A program made the position numbers and the translations under genes. Below, piece after piece: positions 1-9,347 of a DNA stretch of 64,000 nt. The notes beneath the pieces are model-generated. The model had not been told where the DNA came from. It saw nothing but the letters and a program-made list of their open reading frames with translations, and did no database searches. The DNA is from an uncultured Verrucomicrobiae bacterium (GTDB taxonomy: Bacteria > Verrucomicrobiota > Verrucomicrobiia > Chthoniobacterales > JAFAMB01), in the NCBI GenBank assembly GCA_963762565.1, contig CAVXLD010000010.1, forward strand, positions 352,001 through 416,000. The letters run 5' to 3'. Position 1 is the stretch's first letter. Every line of letters begins with the position of its first letter.

Positions 1-2
1 TC

Positions 3-791
3 GCTGATTTGTGGCCCTGCCGGGCCCACATCATCGGGAAAGATATCATGGTGCCAGCCCACGGGATCTATTGGCCCATCATGTTGCACGCCATGGGTTT
101 TCCAGACGACCAAATGCCGCGTTTGACGGTCCATGGCTTTTGGAGCGCCGAAGGTGCGAAGATGAGTAAAAGCCTGGGTAATGTCGTTGACCCGTCTCTG
201 CTTGTTGATCAATACGGAGCAGACGCGGTGCGATATTATTTGATGCGCGACATCGCCACCGGACACGATGCCGACTTCAGCATTGAACGGCTTTTGATCC
301 GTTACCACAGCGACTTGGCAAACGGCCTCGGCAACTTGGTTAATCGCACAATCAACATGGCACAGCGCTATCATTCCGGGTTGGTGAAAAAGACCAACAC
401 CAATGATCCGGAACTGGAGGCGATTAAGACCGCCGCGGGCTCGGTCCTGGATCGATACCATGAAGCGTTCGATCGTTTTCAGCCGCACGCCGCGTTGGAA
501 GCGATTTCCGATCTGGTTACCCAAGCTAACGGTCTGGTTGAGTTAAAGGCGCCTTGGAAATTGGCCAAGGACCCCGCCCAAAGCAACCTCCTACACGACG
601 TCCTCTACACGTTAGCCGAGACTTCACGCCTGGTTGCGGTCTTGATGGAACCGGTGATTCCGAAGTCTGCGGAAAAGATTCTGGAGCAACTGAACGCGAC
701 CGGTCATCGGGAGTTGGCATGGGGTCAACTTCCGGCCGAACATCAGCTGGGAGAACCGACACCGGTATTCCCGCGGTTTGATGGACGGTAA
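3..791 (+). CDS. metG: Methionyl-tRNA synthetase, C-terminal part (5' end outside window); short form without an appended tRNA-binding domain
   Basis: IGKDI..HGIYWP, KMSKSLGNV, DAVRYYLMR, LANGLGNLVNR and anticodon-domain APWKLAK motifs. Confidence 0.95.
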   Translation, partial: ADLWPCRAHIIGKDIMVPAHGIYWPIMLHAMGFPDDQMPRLTVHGFWSAEGAKMSKSLGNVVDPSLLVDQYGADAVRYYLMRDIATGHDADFSIERLLIRYHSDLANGLGNLVNRTINMAQRYHSGLVKKTNTNDPELEAIKTAAGSVLDRYHEAFDRFQPHAALEAISDLVTQANGLVELKAPWKLAKDPAQSNLLHDVLYTLAETSRLVAVLMEPVIPKSAEKILEQLNATGHRELAWGQLPAEHQLGEPTPVFPRFDGR

Positions 792-819
792 CGGCGGACG
801 CGTCGGGTTGCCCCTGACG

Positions 820-971
820 GGGAGGGCGCGCTGCCTGTCCGCCATAGCTTTAGCGACGGAGGATCCTCGCGCGCCGTGAACGCGTTTCTGACCTAGAGAC
901 ACAATTTGCTCGCACGTTCGCACACATCATCGGCTCTGTGAACCACGGATCGCGGGGACGCGATCCCTCCC
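820..971. repeat. REP/MITE-like element, family A copy 1, with 30-bp insert at 834-863
   Basis: Ends GGGAGGGCGCGC..TCCTCGCGCGCCG and GGGGACGCGATCCCTCCC form an imperfect IR; four more copies in the window. Confidence 0.85.
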
Positions 972-991
972 GGTCAAGGGCCAGCCGACAC

Positions 992-2134
992 CTAAGACCT
1001 CTTCGCGCCTTCCCCCAAACCACTCATCAACCATTTCTTACTTTGTTTGGGTAACCAAACGTAGAACGTCGTGCCTACGGTCGGCCCGGTTTTAAAGGCT
1101 ATCTTGCCTTCGTGCGCGTCCACACACGATTTCGCAATCGATAAGCCTAGACCCGTTCCGGTCCGCTTTTCGTAAGTTACGAACGGCTCGAATACTTGGA
1201 GGCGAATTCCTTCCGGGACACCTGGTCCCGTGTCAGTAATCGAGACCATTAATCCGCCCTCACGGTCCTCAAATTGCAATCGTAATTTGCCTCGGTCTCG
1301 CATCGCTTCGCGCGCATTTTTCACGATATTCGCCAAACACCGGGTTACCCGCATCTCATCGATCCAGAACGACTCTTTAGTCCGATTTTCGATCTCGACA
1401 GAAATCGCCGTTCGCCGAATCTGCTCTAAAATCTCGATTTCAAGCAGATCCACCAACCGGGCTGACGTTGTCCAAGTAGGAGACAACCGGGCCTTGCCCC
1501 GAGCAAAATCCAACAGTTCCTCAGTCAAGAGCGTTACCCGGTCCGCCGAGCTTTTGATGATCTGGGCCGCACTTTTAGTGAATGCGTCCGTGGTCTTTTG
1601 CTCAAGGTAACTGACCGACGACGTAATCGCGGCCAATGGGTTCTTCAGATCGTGAACGATCGAACTTAACATGGTCCCGAGAATGGTGAGTCGTTCAGTC
1701 CGAAGTAACTGCTCAATAAAGCGTGAATTGCTCGATCTCAGCCTTTCGACCGTAACTCGGGTATAATTAATCGGCAGAACTCGCGGCGCTTTCTCCATCA
1801 AAAACTCAAATGCCGATCGATCGATCTCGCCGATAACCGTATTCTTGAGGGCAATAGCGCTGGCTGAACGCGGTTCCCGGTCCAATAACGCGAGCTCACC
1901 AAAGAAATCGTTAGCCTCGATCAGGGAAAGGACTTCCTCATGACCTTGTCGTCCAGCCTTGGAGATTTGGACTAAACCGGAGCCCACCAACATCATAGTG
2001 TCGCCATAGTCCCCATCCCGAAAAATTACCGTTTCCGGATCAAAGACCTTTTCGCACACCGGCGTCGCTTGCAAAACATCGACGGGGATGTCAGCGAATA
2101 AACGGTTCTGGAAAAAGATTGGGTTCATGGCCAC
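992..2134 (-). CDS. Cyclic-nucleotide-binding-domain sensor histidine kinase (start may be ATG 2128)
   Basis: N-terminal cNMP domain (FFGELALL..PRSASA); H-box IVHDLKNPL; N-box NIVKNA; DTGPG; GTGLGL. Confidence 0.9.
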   Translation of the reverse strand: MAMNPIFFQNRLFADIPVDVLQATPVCEKVFDPETVIFRDGDYGDTMMLVGSGLVQISKAGRQGHEEVLSLIEANDFFGELALLDREPRSASAIALKNTVIGEIDRSAFEFLMEKAPRVLPINYTRVTVERLRSSNSRFIEQLLRTERLTILGTMLSSIVHDLKNPLAAITSSVSYLEQKTTDAFTKSAAQIIKSSADRVTLLTEELLDFARGKARLSPTWTTSARLVDLLEIEILEQIRRTAISVEIENRTKESFWIDEMRVTRCLANIVKNAREAMRDRGKLRLQFEDREGGLMVSITDTGPGVPEGIRLQVFEPFVTYEKRTGTGLGLSIAKSCVDAHEGKIAFKTGPTVGTTFYVWLPKQSKKWLMSGLGEGAKRS

Positions 2135-2158
2135 GCCCCCGGGTCAGATAACAAACGC

Positions 2159-2830
2159 TCAATAGCGGCGCGTCCACGACTCGGTGCCGTACTTCAAGGT
2201 AGCGATACGCTCGGCCAACGACGTTGTCACGGTCGAAAGCATCGTTTTCTCTACGGTCCGCGACAATGTCTGCGCGAGCTGAGGCGCGAACCCGGAACCG
2301 ACCGAGACGCGCTGGATGCTCCCTTGAAGAATGACACCAGTGCGTGACCGCCGGATGGCAGCGCCCGCGATCTTAAGCCCATCAATCTCGACATCGCTTT
2401 CTACAGAATTCGCGAAACAAGCCGCAACCAGATTTGTCCCCGCTCGCGCTTCTGAACTTTTAGTCACAACCGTGGCCGATCGACCCAGCGCCGCTAAGGT
2501 CCGTACGATCGCCGTGTGCATTCCCCGGTAGAGATCTCGATTCGGCGGCGGTCCAGAGTCGACCGGTAGCAATAATGAGTAGGTGAAATCAGTCCCATGC
2601 TCTACAACGCCGCCGCCGGTCCAACGACGGACAATTTCCCTGTCCGGATAAAGGGCGTTGGCCTGCTCCCAAGAGCTGAAATAACCAATGGAAACCGGCT
2701 GCTCCAGCCAGTGGTAGGGTCGGAACAACGGACAATCGCCACCGTCCAAAAGCAGCGCCTCGTCGATTGCCATATTCAGTGCAGCCCGATGAGGCGTTTC
2801 ATCAATGACCCATTTCAAGCGCCGGAACAT
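2159..2830 (-). CDS. Lipoate-protein ligase A / octanoyltransferase family protein
   Basis: NMAIDEALL, VRRWTGGGVVEH, KIAGAAIRR, LQGSI motifs. Confidence 0.85.
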   Translation of the reverse strand: MFRRLKWVIDETPHRAALNMAIDEALLLDGGDCPLFRPYHWLEQPVSIGYFSSWEQANALYPDREIVRRWTGGGVVEHGTDFTYSLLLPVDSGPPPNRDLYRGMHTAIVRTLAALGRSATVVTKSSEARAGTNLVAACFANSVESDVEIDGLKIAGAAIRRSRTGVILQGSIQRVSVGSGFAPQLAQTLSRTVEKTMLSTVTTSLAERIATLKYGTESWTRRY

Positions 2831-2848
2831 TCATGTCTCCATCTAACA

Positions 2849-4090
2849 TCAGGGTTCTCCAACCGAAACCGGCTCAACCGGATAGGCGCGCACGTGGCGG
2901 CAGCTCAACACCATCAACCAAGCCGCCACTGCGAGCACCGCCAGCACCCAATATGAACTGGCAGGTCCCCAAACCGGCAACATTATGGTCACTAGGGCCA
3001 GCGCGGTCGATCGCAGTAACCGCTCAGATGCTGAATAGAAAAGGTTTACCCGGCCAACCACAGCGTTCGGTACCGTTTTTAAAACTAGAATCGTACGCGC
3101 CACTCTGGAGCCGGCATTGCCCCAACCCTGCAGCGCGTACGAAATAAAAAAGACCATGGCGACCGGCGCGACCGGATTCAGGGAAGCTGCTAGCCCGTAC
3201 ACGGCGATGGTGCACAATAGAGTCGGAACCAAACCGATGCGCGCATTAATTGCAGGAACCGAAAGGCCGGCCAGAGTCGCACCGAGCGCATAGCTGACTT
3301 CTCCGATACCGTAGACCTGTGGCCCTTGATGGAGCACTTCCCGCACAAAGATCGGCGAAAGAAAATTCCCGACCATAATCGCAACAAAGGGTAAAAAACT
3401 CGCCAGCATCACCACTGATAAGCGAGGCCGGCCACGCAGGTACTGTAGGCCTTCAACCATCATGGCCCAGGCAGAGGCCGGCGCCATTGATCGCTCCTGA
3501 GATCTCTCGTAGCGCAACCTAGAAATCATCAGGAAAGCGGCCAAATAAGCTGCTGCATCGATACAAAGGACACCCCAAAACGGGCAGATGGCAATCAACC
3601 AAGCCCCTAATGCCCCCGCCACCATCGATCCCGCCTGCCACTGTATTTCGATGGAGCCGCTGAGACTTTGGTAGAGCTCCGGCGCAATCACTTCTTGGCT
3701 GAGTGCGAACTGCGCCGGGTAATAAACACTTGCTCCCAGCGACCCAAAACAGAATACGGTTAAAAGTTCCCAGATTTCGGTCGAGCCATGCCCAACGATC
3801 AACGTAACGATCAACGCATCCAAAACTACCGCCGAGCCGAGATACGCCATCACTACCAGCTTCCTCGAGTAGCGATCTACAATTTTGCCGAAGTACGGTA
3901 ACAGGAGGAGAATCAATAGCGTTATCCCGGCGTTGCTGTAGCCCAGAATAGCGTTCCCATTCGGTCGCTGGATCAGCAACCATGGGACCGCCATAAAAGT
4001 GATTCCAGCACCGACAACCAATAAAAAATTAGCCGTTAAGATCAGCCGCGCCTTTGGGTCGGACCAAATTGTCACGCTCTTTAAGAGCAT
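2849..4090 (-). CDS. MFS transporter
   Basis: About 12 hydrophobic segments and motif A-like GKIVDRYSRK; start set at ATG 4090 because the longer ORF runs into a repeat. Confidence 0.85.
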   Translation of the reverse strand: MLLKSVTIWSDPKARLILTANFLLVVGAGITFMAVPWLLIQRPNGNAILGYSNAGITLLILLLLPYFGKIVDRYSRKLVVMAYLGSAVVLDALIVTLIVGHGSTEIWELLTVFCFGSLGASVYYPAQFALSQEVIAPELYQSLSGSIEIQWQAGSMVAGALGAWLIAICPFWGVLCIDAAAYLAAFLMISRLRYERSQERSMAPASAWAMMVEGLQYLRGRPRLSVVMLASFLPFVAIMVGNFLSPIFVREVLHQGPQVYGIGEVSYALGATLAGLSVPAINARIGLVPTLLCTIAVYGLAASLNPVAPVAMVFFISYALQGWGNAGSRVARTILVLKTVPNAVVGRVNLFYSASERLLRSTALALVTIMLPVWGPASSYWVLAVLAVAAWLMVLSCRHVRAYPVEPVSVGEP

Positions 4091-4111
4091 TGGGCGCGGC
4101 AGGTTGCAACT

Positions 4112-4360
4112 CTGGTAGGGCGAGGCTCCAAAGCTCAATCCGGCCCGCGACAAATTAGGTATAGAGCCCGATTCAGCCTAAACGCGGCACCAGCATGGCC
4201 GAGCCGAGGCCTCGCTGTCTCCTCGTTCTTTCCTGAGCCAAGTCTCGCTGCAGAATCGTGGGAGCGGCTCGGCGGCGCCAGGCGTGGGACGCCGTGGGTT
4301 TGTTTCGTCAGCGTCGTTGCGAAACTCTTATACTTCTATCCCTGAGCGTCGCCCTACCAG
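4112..4360. repeat. REPIN-like element, family B copy 1
   Basis: CTGGTAGGGCGAGGCTCC ... GAGCGTCGCCCTACCAG outer IR; inner IR GCCGAGCCG (4198-4206) / CGGCTCGGC (4265-4273). Confidence 0.8.
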
Positions 4361-4397
4361 CTTGCTTTAGCAAGGTACGTCCAGTAGCTTCAACTCG

Positions 4398-5285
4398 ATG
4401 GCAAAGGTAGTTCTCGGCAAGGGCCTAAGTGCCCTGATCAACACACCAAAACCGCCGACACTTGAACCAGGAGACCGCGTAGAACGTGTTCCACTTGCCG
4501 AGATTGTTCCGAGCCCGCTCCAACCCAGAAAAGCGTTCAACGCCGACCAGTTACAAGAGCTAGTCGATTCTATTCGTGAACACGGAATCATCCAGCCTCT
4601 CATCGTCCGTCGCGTTAACGGGAAGTGTGAATTAATCGCCGGTGAACGCCGGTGGCGAGCGGCGAACCAGCTCGGACTCGGCGAGGCGCCGGTCATCGTC
4701 CGAAATGCTTCTGATCGTGACGTTTTGGAAATGGCGTTGATCGAAAATCTGCAACGCGAAGACCTTAATCCCATCGAAGAGGCTCACGCCTATCAGCGCC
4801 TCTCCCAAGAATTCTCCATGCGACAAGAGGATATCGCCGTTCGTGTAAGTAAGAGTCGATCCGTTATTGCAAATTCTCTCAGATTGTTGGAGTTGCATCC
4901 CCAAATTCAAAGCTATCTAGCACAGGATCTATTGAGTGTTGGACACGCAAAAGTCTTATTGAGCTTGGAGAACCGAGCTGAACAACTTGCGATTGCGGAG
5001 GTCATCATTCGGCAATCAGCTACCGTCCGGGTAGCTGAGAAACTGGTGGCCGAACAATTTGCTCGGCGTGGACTGACAAAAACTGGAAAAAGCGGCGCCC
5101 GTCCGGTAGCAACGCAGAACACGACAAATCACGCCGTGACCCAAATTGAAAATCGGCTTCGAGACCGGCTGGCCACGCACGTGGTAATTCATCACAACGA
5201 CAAGCGGGGCAAAATCGAGATCCAGTACTATGGTAACGATGACTTAGAGCGGATCCTCTCGCTGCTGGGAGTGACGTCGCACTAA
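4398..5285 (+). CDS. parB: ParB/Spo0J chromosome partitioning protein
   Basis: LGKGLSALI N-terminus, QPRK, IIQPLIVR, IAGERRWRAA, ENLQREDL, HTH region. Confidence 0.95.
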   Translation: MAKVVLGKGLSALINTPKPPTLEPGDRVERVPLAEIVPSPLQPRKAFNADQLQELVDSIREHGIIQPLIVRRVNGKCELIAGERRWRAANQLGLGEAPVIVRNASDRDVLEMALIENLQREDLNPIEEAHAYQRLSQEFSMRQEDIAVRVSKSRSVIANSLRLLELHPQIQSYLAQDLLSVGHAKVLLSLENRAEQLAIAEVIIRQSATVRVAEKLVAEQFARRGLTKTGKSGARPVATQNTTNHAVTQIENRLRDRLATHVVIHHNDKRGKIEIQYYGNDDLERILSLLGVTSH

Positions 5286-5297
5286 AGTCACCATTCC

Positions 5298-6353
5298 ATG
5301 GCATCGCATCGTGCGGTTCTATTTCGCATCCTTCTGTGTCCGCTGCTACTCGGTTGGACGGTTACCCTGATTGTTTCGTGTAAGCCAGTTAGCCTGGGGG
5401 CGGGTGAACCCTCAGCCAATCAGTCTTCCGCCACACCCACTCCGCCTCTGCCTCCTCGGCGCCAAACGATCTGGAAGGATTTTGACAGCGAACGTTCCAT
5501 GGCGTCCGCCCAAGCAATATTGAGCTTTGGCAATCGGATTGCCGGGAGCGAGGCGCTGGACAAGGTCCGGGACTATCTGAAAAGCAACTTGGCAACCGCT
5601 GGATGGGACATAAGCGAACAGCCTTTCTCCGAACAGGCTCCGGGCGGGCAGGAAATACGTTTCTCCAGCCTCATTGGCCGTTATGCGCACGTGCCTCTCA
5701 CCAAGCCATTCTACTTGTTGGCTGCCCACTTCGATTCTCGAAATCTCGGCTTTGCCATCGATCCCGGCGCCACCGACGGAGCTGCCAACACCGCTGTTCT
5801 TCTCGAAATTGCCCGCACCCTTTCTCTCGATCCTCGGCTGGCTGCTCACGTCGAATTGTTGTTTCTAGATGGTCACATGCCGTTTCATCAGATCACTCCT
5901 AACGACGGCTTATTCGGCAGCCGATTTTACACGCAAATGCTGCAGGTCAGCCGAAACTCTGACGCTGCCAGCGCCGCCGTGGTGCTAGAACATCTGGGAG
6001 GATCCGGCTCACCTTTTGGCTACGCTCCCAATTCGGATTCAGGATTAATTGAACAACTCCGGTCTGCTGCCCAAGCGCTGCAAATCAGTCTCGAAGCCGG
6101 TAAACGGCCGCTGCTGCTCGATCATGTTCCTTTCCAAAATGCAGGTATCCCAGCCGTTGCCTTGCTGGACCTCGACCCGCCCTACTTGAACACAGCTGAC
6201 GACGACGCCAGCCGCCTCAATCGCGATGCACTTGCACAAGCCGGGAAATTGGTACTTTATTTTTTATCTGAACAAAGCTTTTCGCCTGCGCCCGCTCCGA
6301 CTCAAGCCGCTCTTTCGGAACAAGCGCCGGCACGGACAAAGGGTAAGAACTAA
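5298..6353 (+). CDS. M28 peptidase / glutaminyl-cyclase-like exported protein with altered metal-binding motifs
   Basis: AAHFDS, GATDGA..TAVLLEIAR, DHVPF; hydrophobic N-terminus ending LIVSC. Confidence 0.75.
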   Translation: MASHRAVLFRILLCPLLLGWTVTLIVSCKPVSLGAGEPSANQSSATPTPPLPPRRQTIWKDFDSERSMASAQAILSFGNRIAGSEALDKVRDYLKSNLATAGWDISEQPFSEQAPGGQEIRFSSLIGRYAHVPLTKPFYLLAAHFDSRNLGFAIDPGATDGAANTAVLLEIARTLSLDPRLAAHVELLFLDGHMPFHQITPNDGLFGSRFYTQMLQVSRNSDAASAAVVLEHLGGSGSPFGYAPNSDSGLIEQLRSAAQALQISLEAGKRPLLLDHVPFQNAGIPAVALLDLDPPYLNTADDDASRLNRDALAQAGKLVLYFLSEQSFSPAPAPTQAALSEQAPARTKGKN

Positions 6354-6613
6354 TGCAAACGCCTGAGCTGCTTCTCTATGTAAAATCCGGTTGCCCCTGG
6401 TGTGACCTGGCTGAGGACTATCTTAACGAACACGGATACAAGTTTCGTCGCATTAACGTCTGTCGAGATCGAGCCTCCTTCGAGGAGATGCGCCGGATAT
6501 CAGGTCAAACCTATGCCCCCACTCTGGTGGTCGGTGATGAAGTTCTTCCAGATTTCGGTCCGGAAGAGTTGCACCACTTTTTGAAGGCAAACGAAATTCA
6601 GCCTGGCATTTAA
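6353..6613 (+). CDS. Glutaredoxin-family protein
   Basis: CPWC active site, SGQTYAPTL, 86 aa; start overlaps the upstream stop. Confidence 0.9.
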   Translation: MQTPELLLYVKSGCPWCDLAEDYLNEHGYKFRRINVCRDRASFEEMRRISGQTYAPTLVVGDEVLPDFGPEELHHFLKANEIQPGI

Positions 6614-7431
6614 TGTTCTCGTCCCTGTTATTAGTGTTGGGTATTGCCGTTCTGGGTCTCGGACTTCGTACCTTCCGGAATCCGATCTGTCGACGACTGA
6701 GCGTAGTTTGTCTTCTGTTCACCTCGTTTCTTATCGGTTACTTGCCGACGGGCAGCTGGCCAGTGGGAGTGATCTTCGTTGCGTTTTGGATTTTGCTTCC
6801 CTGGGTCGAAATCATTGCCAGGGTCCGGAAGTTACGCCTTCCTATAGAACGCGTTTTCTCCGCAGCCGCACCTCCTCGAGATGAGCTGTTCCCGTTTCTC
6901 AACCTGTTGACGGATGAGATCGAAAGCCTGGATTTTACGTTAGCCGATGAAATTAGTTGCCAGTGGCAAAACCAGCAGCAATTCGTCCGCCTTTTTCACC
7001 GGAGCACTGACCAGAGCCAAATGGCGGTCTGCCTGATCCATCAAGGTCCAATCGCTTTCTGTTATGTCAGTTTGATGACACGCGCTCGGGCCGGCCATGT
7101 GTTTTTGACCTGGACCTATCCTTTTGCTTACTCGCTCAAATTCTTGCCTAGCACGCGGGTCCAACGAGTCAGGTCCGATCTCTCAATCCAGCAAATCTGC
7201 GAAGCCCATCGCTCGATGCTCTCGAAAGCACATCTTGACAGCGTTGATGTGCAGCCGTTGGAGCCCGACCACATGCGGGATCTGCTAGAGCAGGATCTAA
7301 AAGATCAGATCGAACACAATGTGAGATCCGGTCTGCTCACCCCTGCCGGTAACCACGAGGTTCGTTATACCTGGCGCGGCATGATCTATCTCTGGTCCCG
7401 TTTCCTTCTCGACTTCGTTCGGATGACGTAA
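6613..7431 (+). CDS. Hypothetical membrane protein (three N-terminal TM segments)
   Basis: 272-aa ORF translationally coupled to glutaredoxin (TAATG). Confidence 0.7.
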   Translation: MFSSLLLVLGIAVLGLGLRTFRNPICRRLSVVCLLFTSFLIGYLPTGSWPVGVIFVAFWILLPWVEIIARVRKLRLPIERVFSAAAPPRDELFPFLNLLTDEIESLDFTLADEISCQWQNQQQFVRLFHRSTDQSQMAVCLIHQGPIAFCYVSLMTRARAGHVFLTWTYPFAYSLKFLPSTRVQRVRSDLSIQQICEAHRSMLSKAHLDSVDVQPLEPDHMRDLLEQDLKDQIEHNVRSGLLTPAGNHEVRYTWRGMIYLWSRFLLDFVRMT

Positions 7432-7489
7432 AAGGCGCACGGCGGGCCAGAACCGCTCGCGCGATTAACCAATACGCTACCAGCAAATA

Positions 7490-7599
7490 CGGATGGGACC
7501 TATATGTTTCCTATAAGTCCCATTGGTCCTATAGGTCCTATCCGTGCCACCGCCCCTGATTCGTCGAGCACGAGGACGACGACGAGAACGAGCACGATT
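7490..7599. repeat. Composite of a 9-mer (TATAGGTCC-type) hairpin and a 6-mer (CGAGSA-type) array
   Basis: CGGATGGGACCTATA / TATAGGTCCTATCCG IR, then CGAGCACGAGGACGACGACGAGAACGAGCACGATT overlapping the UGPase stop. Confidence 0.75.
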
Positions 7600-8992
7600 A
7601 AGAGCCCACCGCGCAATCCTGGTATACCCCCGGCGTCACCTCCAGTACTTCATTGGAGCCATTCTCGAAGCGCACATCTCCAACGATCTCTACACCTTCC
7701 GCGAAACGCCATGGGCCTCTTATAGTCAACGACCGGCTCCGGAGCAGCGACGGAATTCCGTGAGCAACTAGCTCCTCAAGTTGATCCACCAATTTGTAAT
7801 TGTCTGACAACTCGACCTTCGGCGGAACACCGTGGCGCTCGGGTCGCAAACCAAGCCGAAACGATTTATCCAGCTCGTACGCATCAGAACGAACCGCTAG
7901 TAAATCACCCGTCGTTTTCACGGGAGAAAAACGCGATCGAGGAACCTCTAGTGCGGTTGCGCCGTCGAAACATTCAATGGCTGCTCCCATTGCCGCCTCT
8001 AATTGAAAAACTTTTGGGCTGTTCTTATCGCGCGGATCGACATTTTTCTCGTTTCGAATCAGCGGCAAAGGAATAAAACCGGACCCTCTGGTCAGTTCCT
8101 CGAACAACCTGTTTAACCGAATCCAGAGATTATTTGTGTTGAAGTAGCGATGGCGATCAATGTCCTGAAAAGAAGCGAGATCTTTCTCTGGACACTGCGC
8201 TGACTCCCGCAACAGCAATCGCTTCGTCTCCAGACGCCGCGCCAGGTGGCCTCCTTTGCGATCCGATGGCGTGCGGCGAGTTACTTCCATCAGAAAAGGC
8301 GCACCTGACTCTGCAAAGAATCGGAGAAGATTTGAGTCCAGAGTGGCGCCTAAATTATCTGCATTGGAAACAAACAAGTATTTTTTACCTGCTTCCAAAA
8401 GTCGTTTGAGCAAACCGGACCCGTACAAGCAGACATAAAGATCGGCGTGCCCGGGCGGACACCATTCGAGTGCCGGATTGGAGGGCCACGAGATTGGCAG
8501 AAGGCTATTTTTGTCGATCTTTGGCACCCTGTTCTGGAGCAATTCCATGCGCTTTGGGTCGCCCAACTCCTGGTAGGACAGCATCGCATAGAGGGTGTCG
8601 TCGCTGGTGCTGAAACTATTCATGAAGAACAGCCCCAAGCCCGGCGCCGCATTCGTTCGCAGATGCAGGAACTGCTTCACGATGATGTCGAGAAATGTGA
8701 GATCGCCGCGAACCCGAAGAAGGCTTTTTGCCTTTTCTAACCCCATGCTGGTACCAAGCCCGCCGTTCAATTTCAGAACCAGGGTCTCGTGCAAATACTC
8801 CCCGGCGGTGTGAGGGAGTTCTGGCTGGTCCAGGGAAGGCAATTGAGAGATCGGTTCGATCGTTTCTTCGGAGATCAACCCAGTATCGTTGTCTAACAGT
8901 TTCTGGTACTGGAAAAGAAACGCCTGGATGGCCGCCTCGCTCAATCCAGCCGCCCGCATCTTCTTCTCGATCAAAGCAACCGCTTGGCTCAT
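7598..8992 (-). CDS. UTP--glucose-1-phosphate uridylyltransferase, eukaryote-type (UDPGP family, not GalU)
   Basis: LKLNGGLGTSMGLEKAKS, FMNSFST, WCPPGHADLY, SNADNLGA, FNTNNLW, RSRFSPVK. Confidence 0.9.
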   Translation of the reverse strand: MSQAVALIEKKMRAAGLSEAAIQAFLFQYQKLLDNDTGLISEETIEPISQLPSLDQPELPHTAGEYLHETLVLKLNGGLGTSMGLEKAKSLLRVRGDLTFLDIIVKQFLHLRTNAAPGLGLFFMNSFSTSDDTLYAMLSYQELGDPKRMELLQNRVPKIDKNSLLPISWPSNPALEWCPPGHADLYVCLYGSGLLKRLLEAGKKYLFVSNADNLGATLDSNLLRFFAESGAPFLMEVTRRTPSDRKGGHLARRLETKRLLLRESAQCPEKDLASFQDIDRHRYFNTNNLWIRLNRLFEELTRGSGFIPLPLIRNEKNVDPRDKNSPKVFQLEAAMGAAIECFDGATALEVPRSRFSPVKTTGDLLAVRSDAYELDKSFRLGLRPERHGVPPKVELSDNYKLVDQLEELVAHGIPSLLRSRSLTIRGPWRFAEGVEIVGDVRFENGSNEVLEVTPGVYQDCAVGS

Positions 8993-9005
8993 TGGGGCAA
9001 AAATT

Positions 9006-9284
9006 GGTCGGGCCGAGTGCCTGCCGCGCCGCAGGCTTGGCGAAGGCGGGCTCCCGATTCACCGCTGGGCCTCGCAACGGAACTCGTGCACTTATGGACT
9101 GGCGGGTTCATCGCCTCAAATCTGCCGAGCCGTGGCGTCGCTGTCTACTGGGGTTTTAGCTTCCAACTCTCGCTGCCGAATCGGCGCCGTGGCTCGCCAG
9201 CGCTCAGGCCCCGAGCGCAATAGATTTCATCTGCTTCCTCGGCCCTGCGAACCCTATTCGGCCGTTCCGGAGCCTCGCCCTGCC
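9006..9284. repeat. REPIN-like element, family B copy 2; left arm interrupted by a 31-bp insert (9020-9050)
   Basis: GGTCGGGCCGAG[insert]CTCC, GCCGAGCCG 9124-9132, TGGCTCGCC 9190-9198, GGAGCCTCGCCCTGCC 9269-9284. Confidence 0.75.
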
Positions 9285-9347
9285 AAATCCTACCAACCGA
9301 AATCGTTCGACAACCGCCCAGACCTCCGTAACCGATACTAGACAGCT

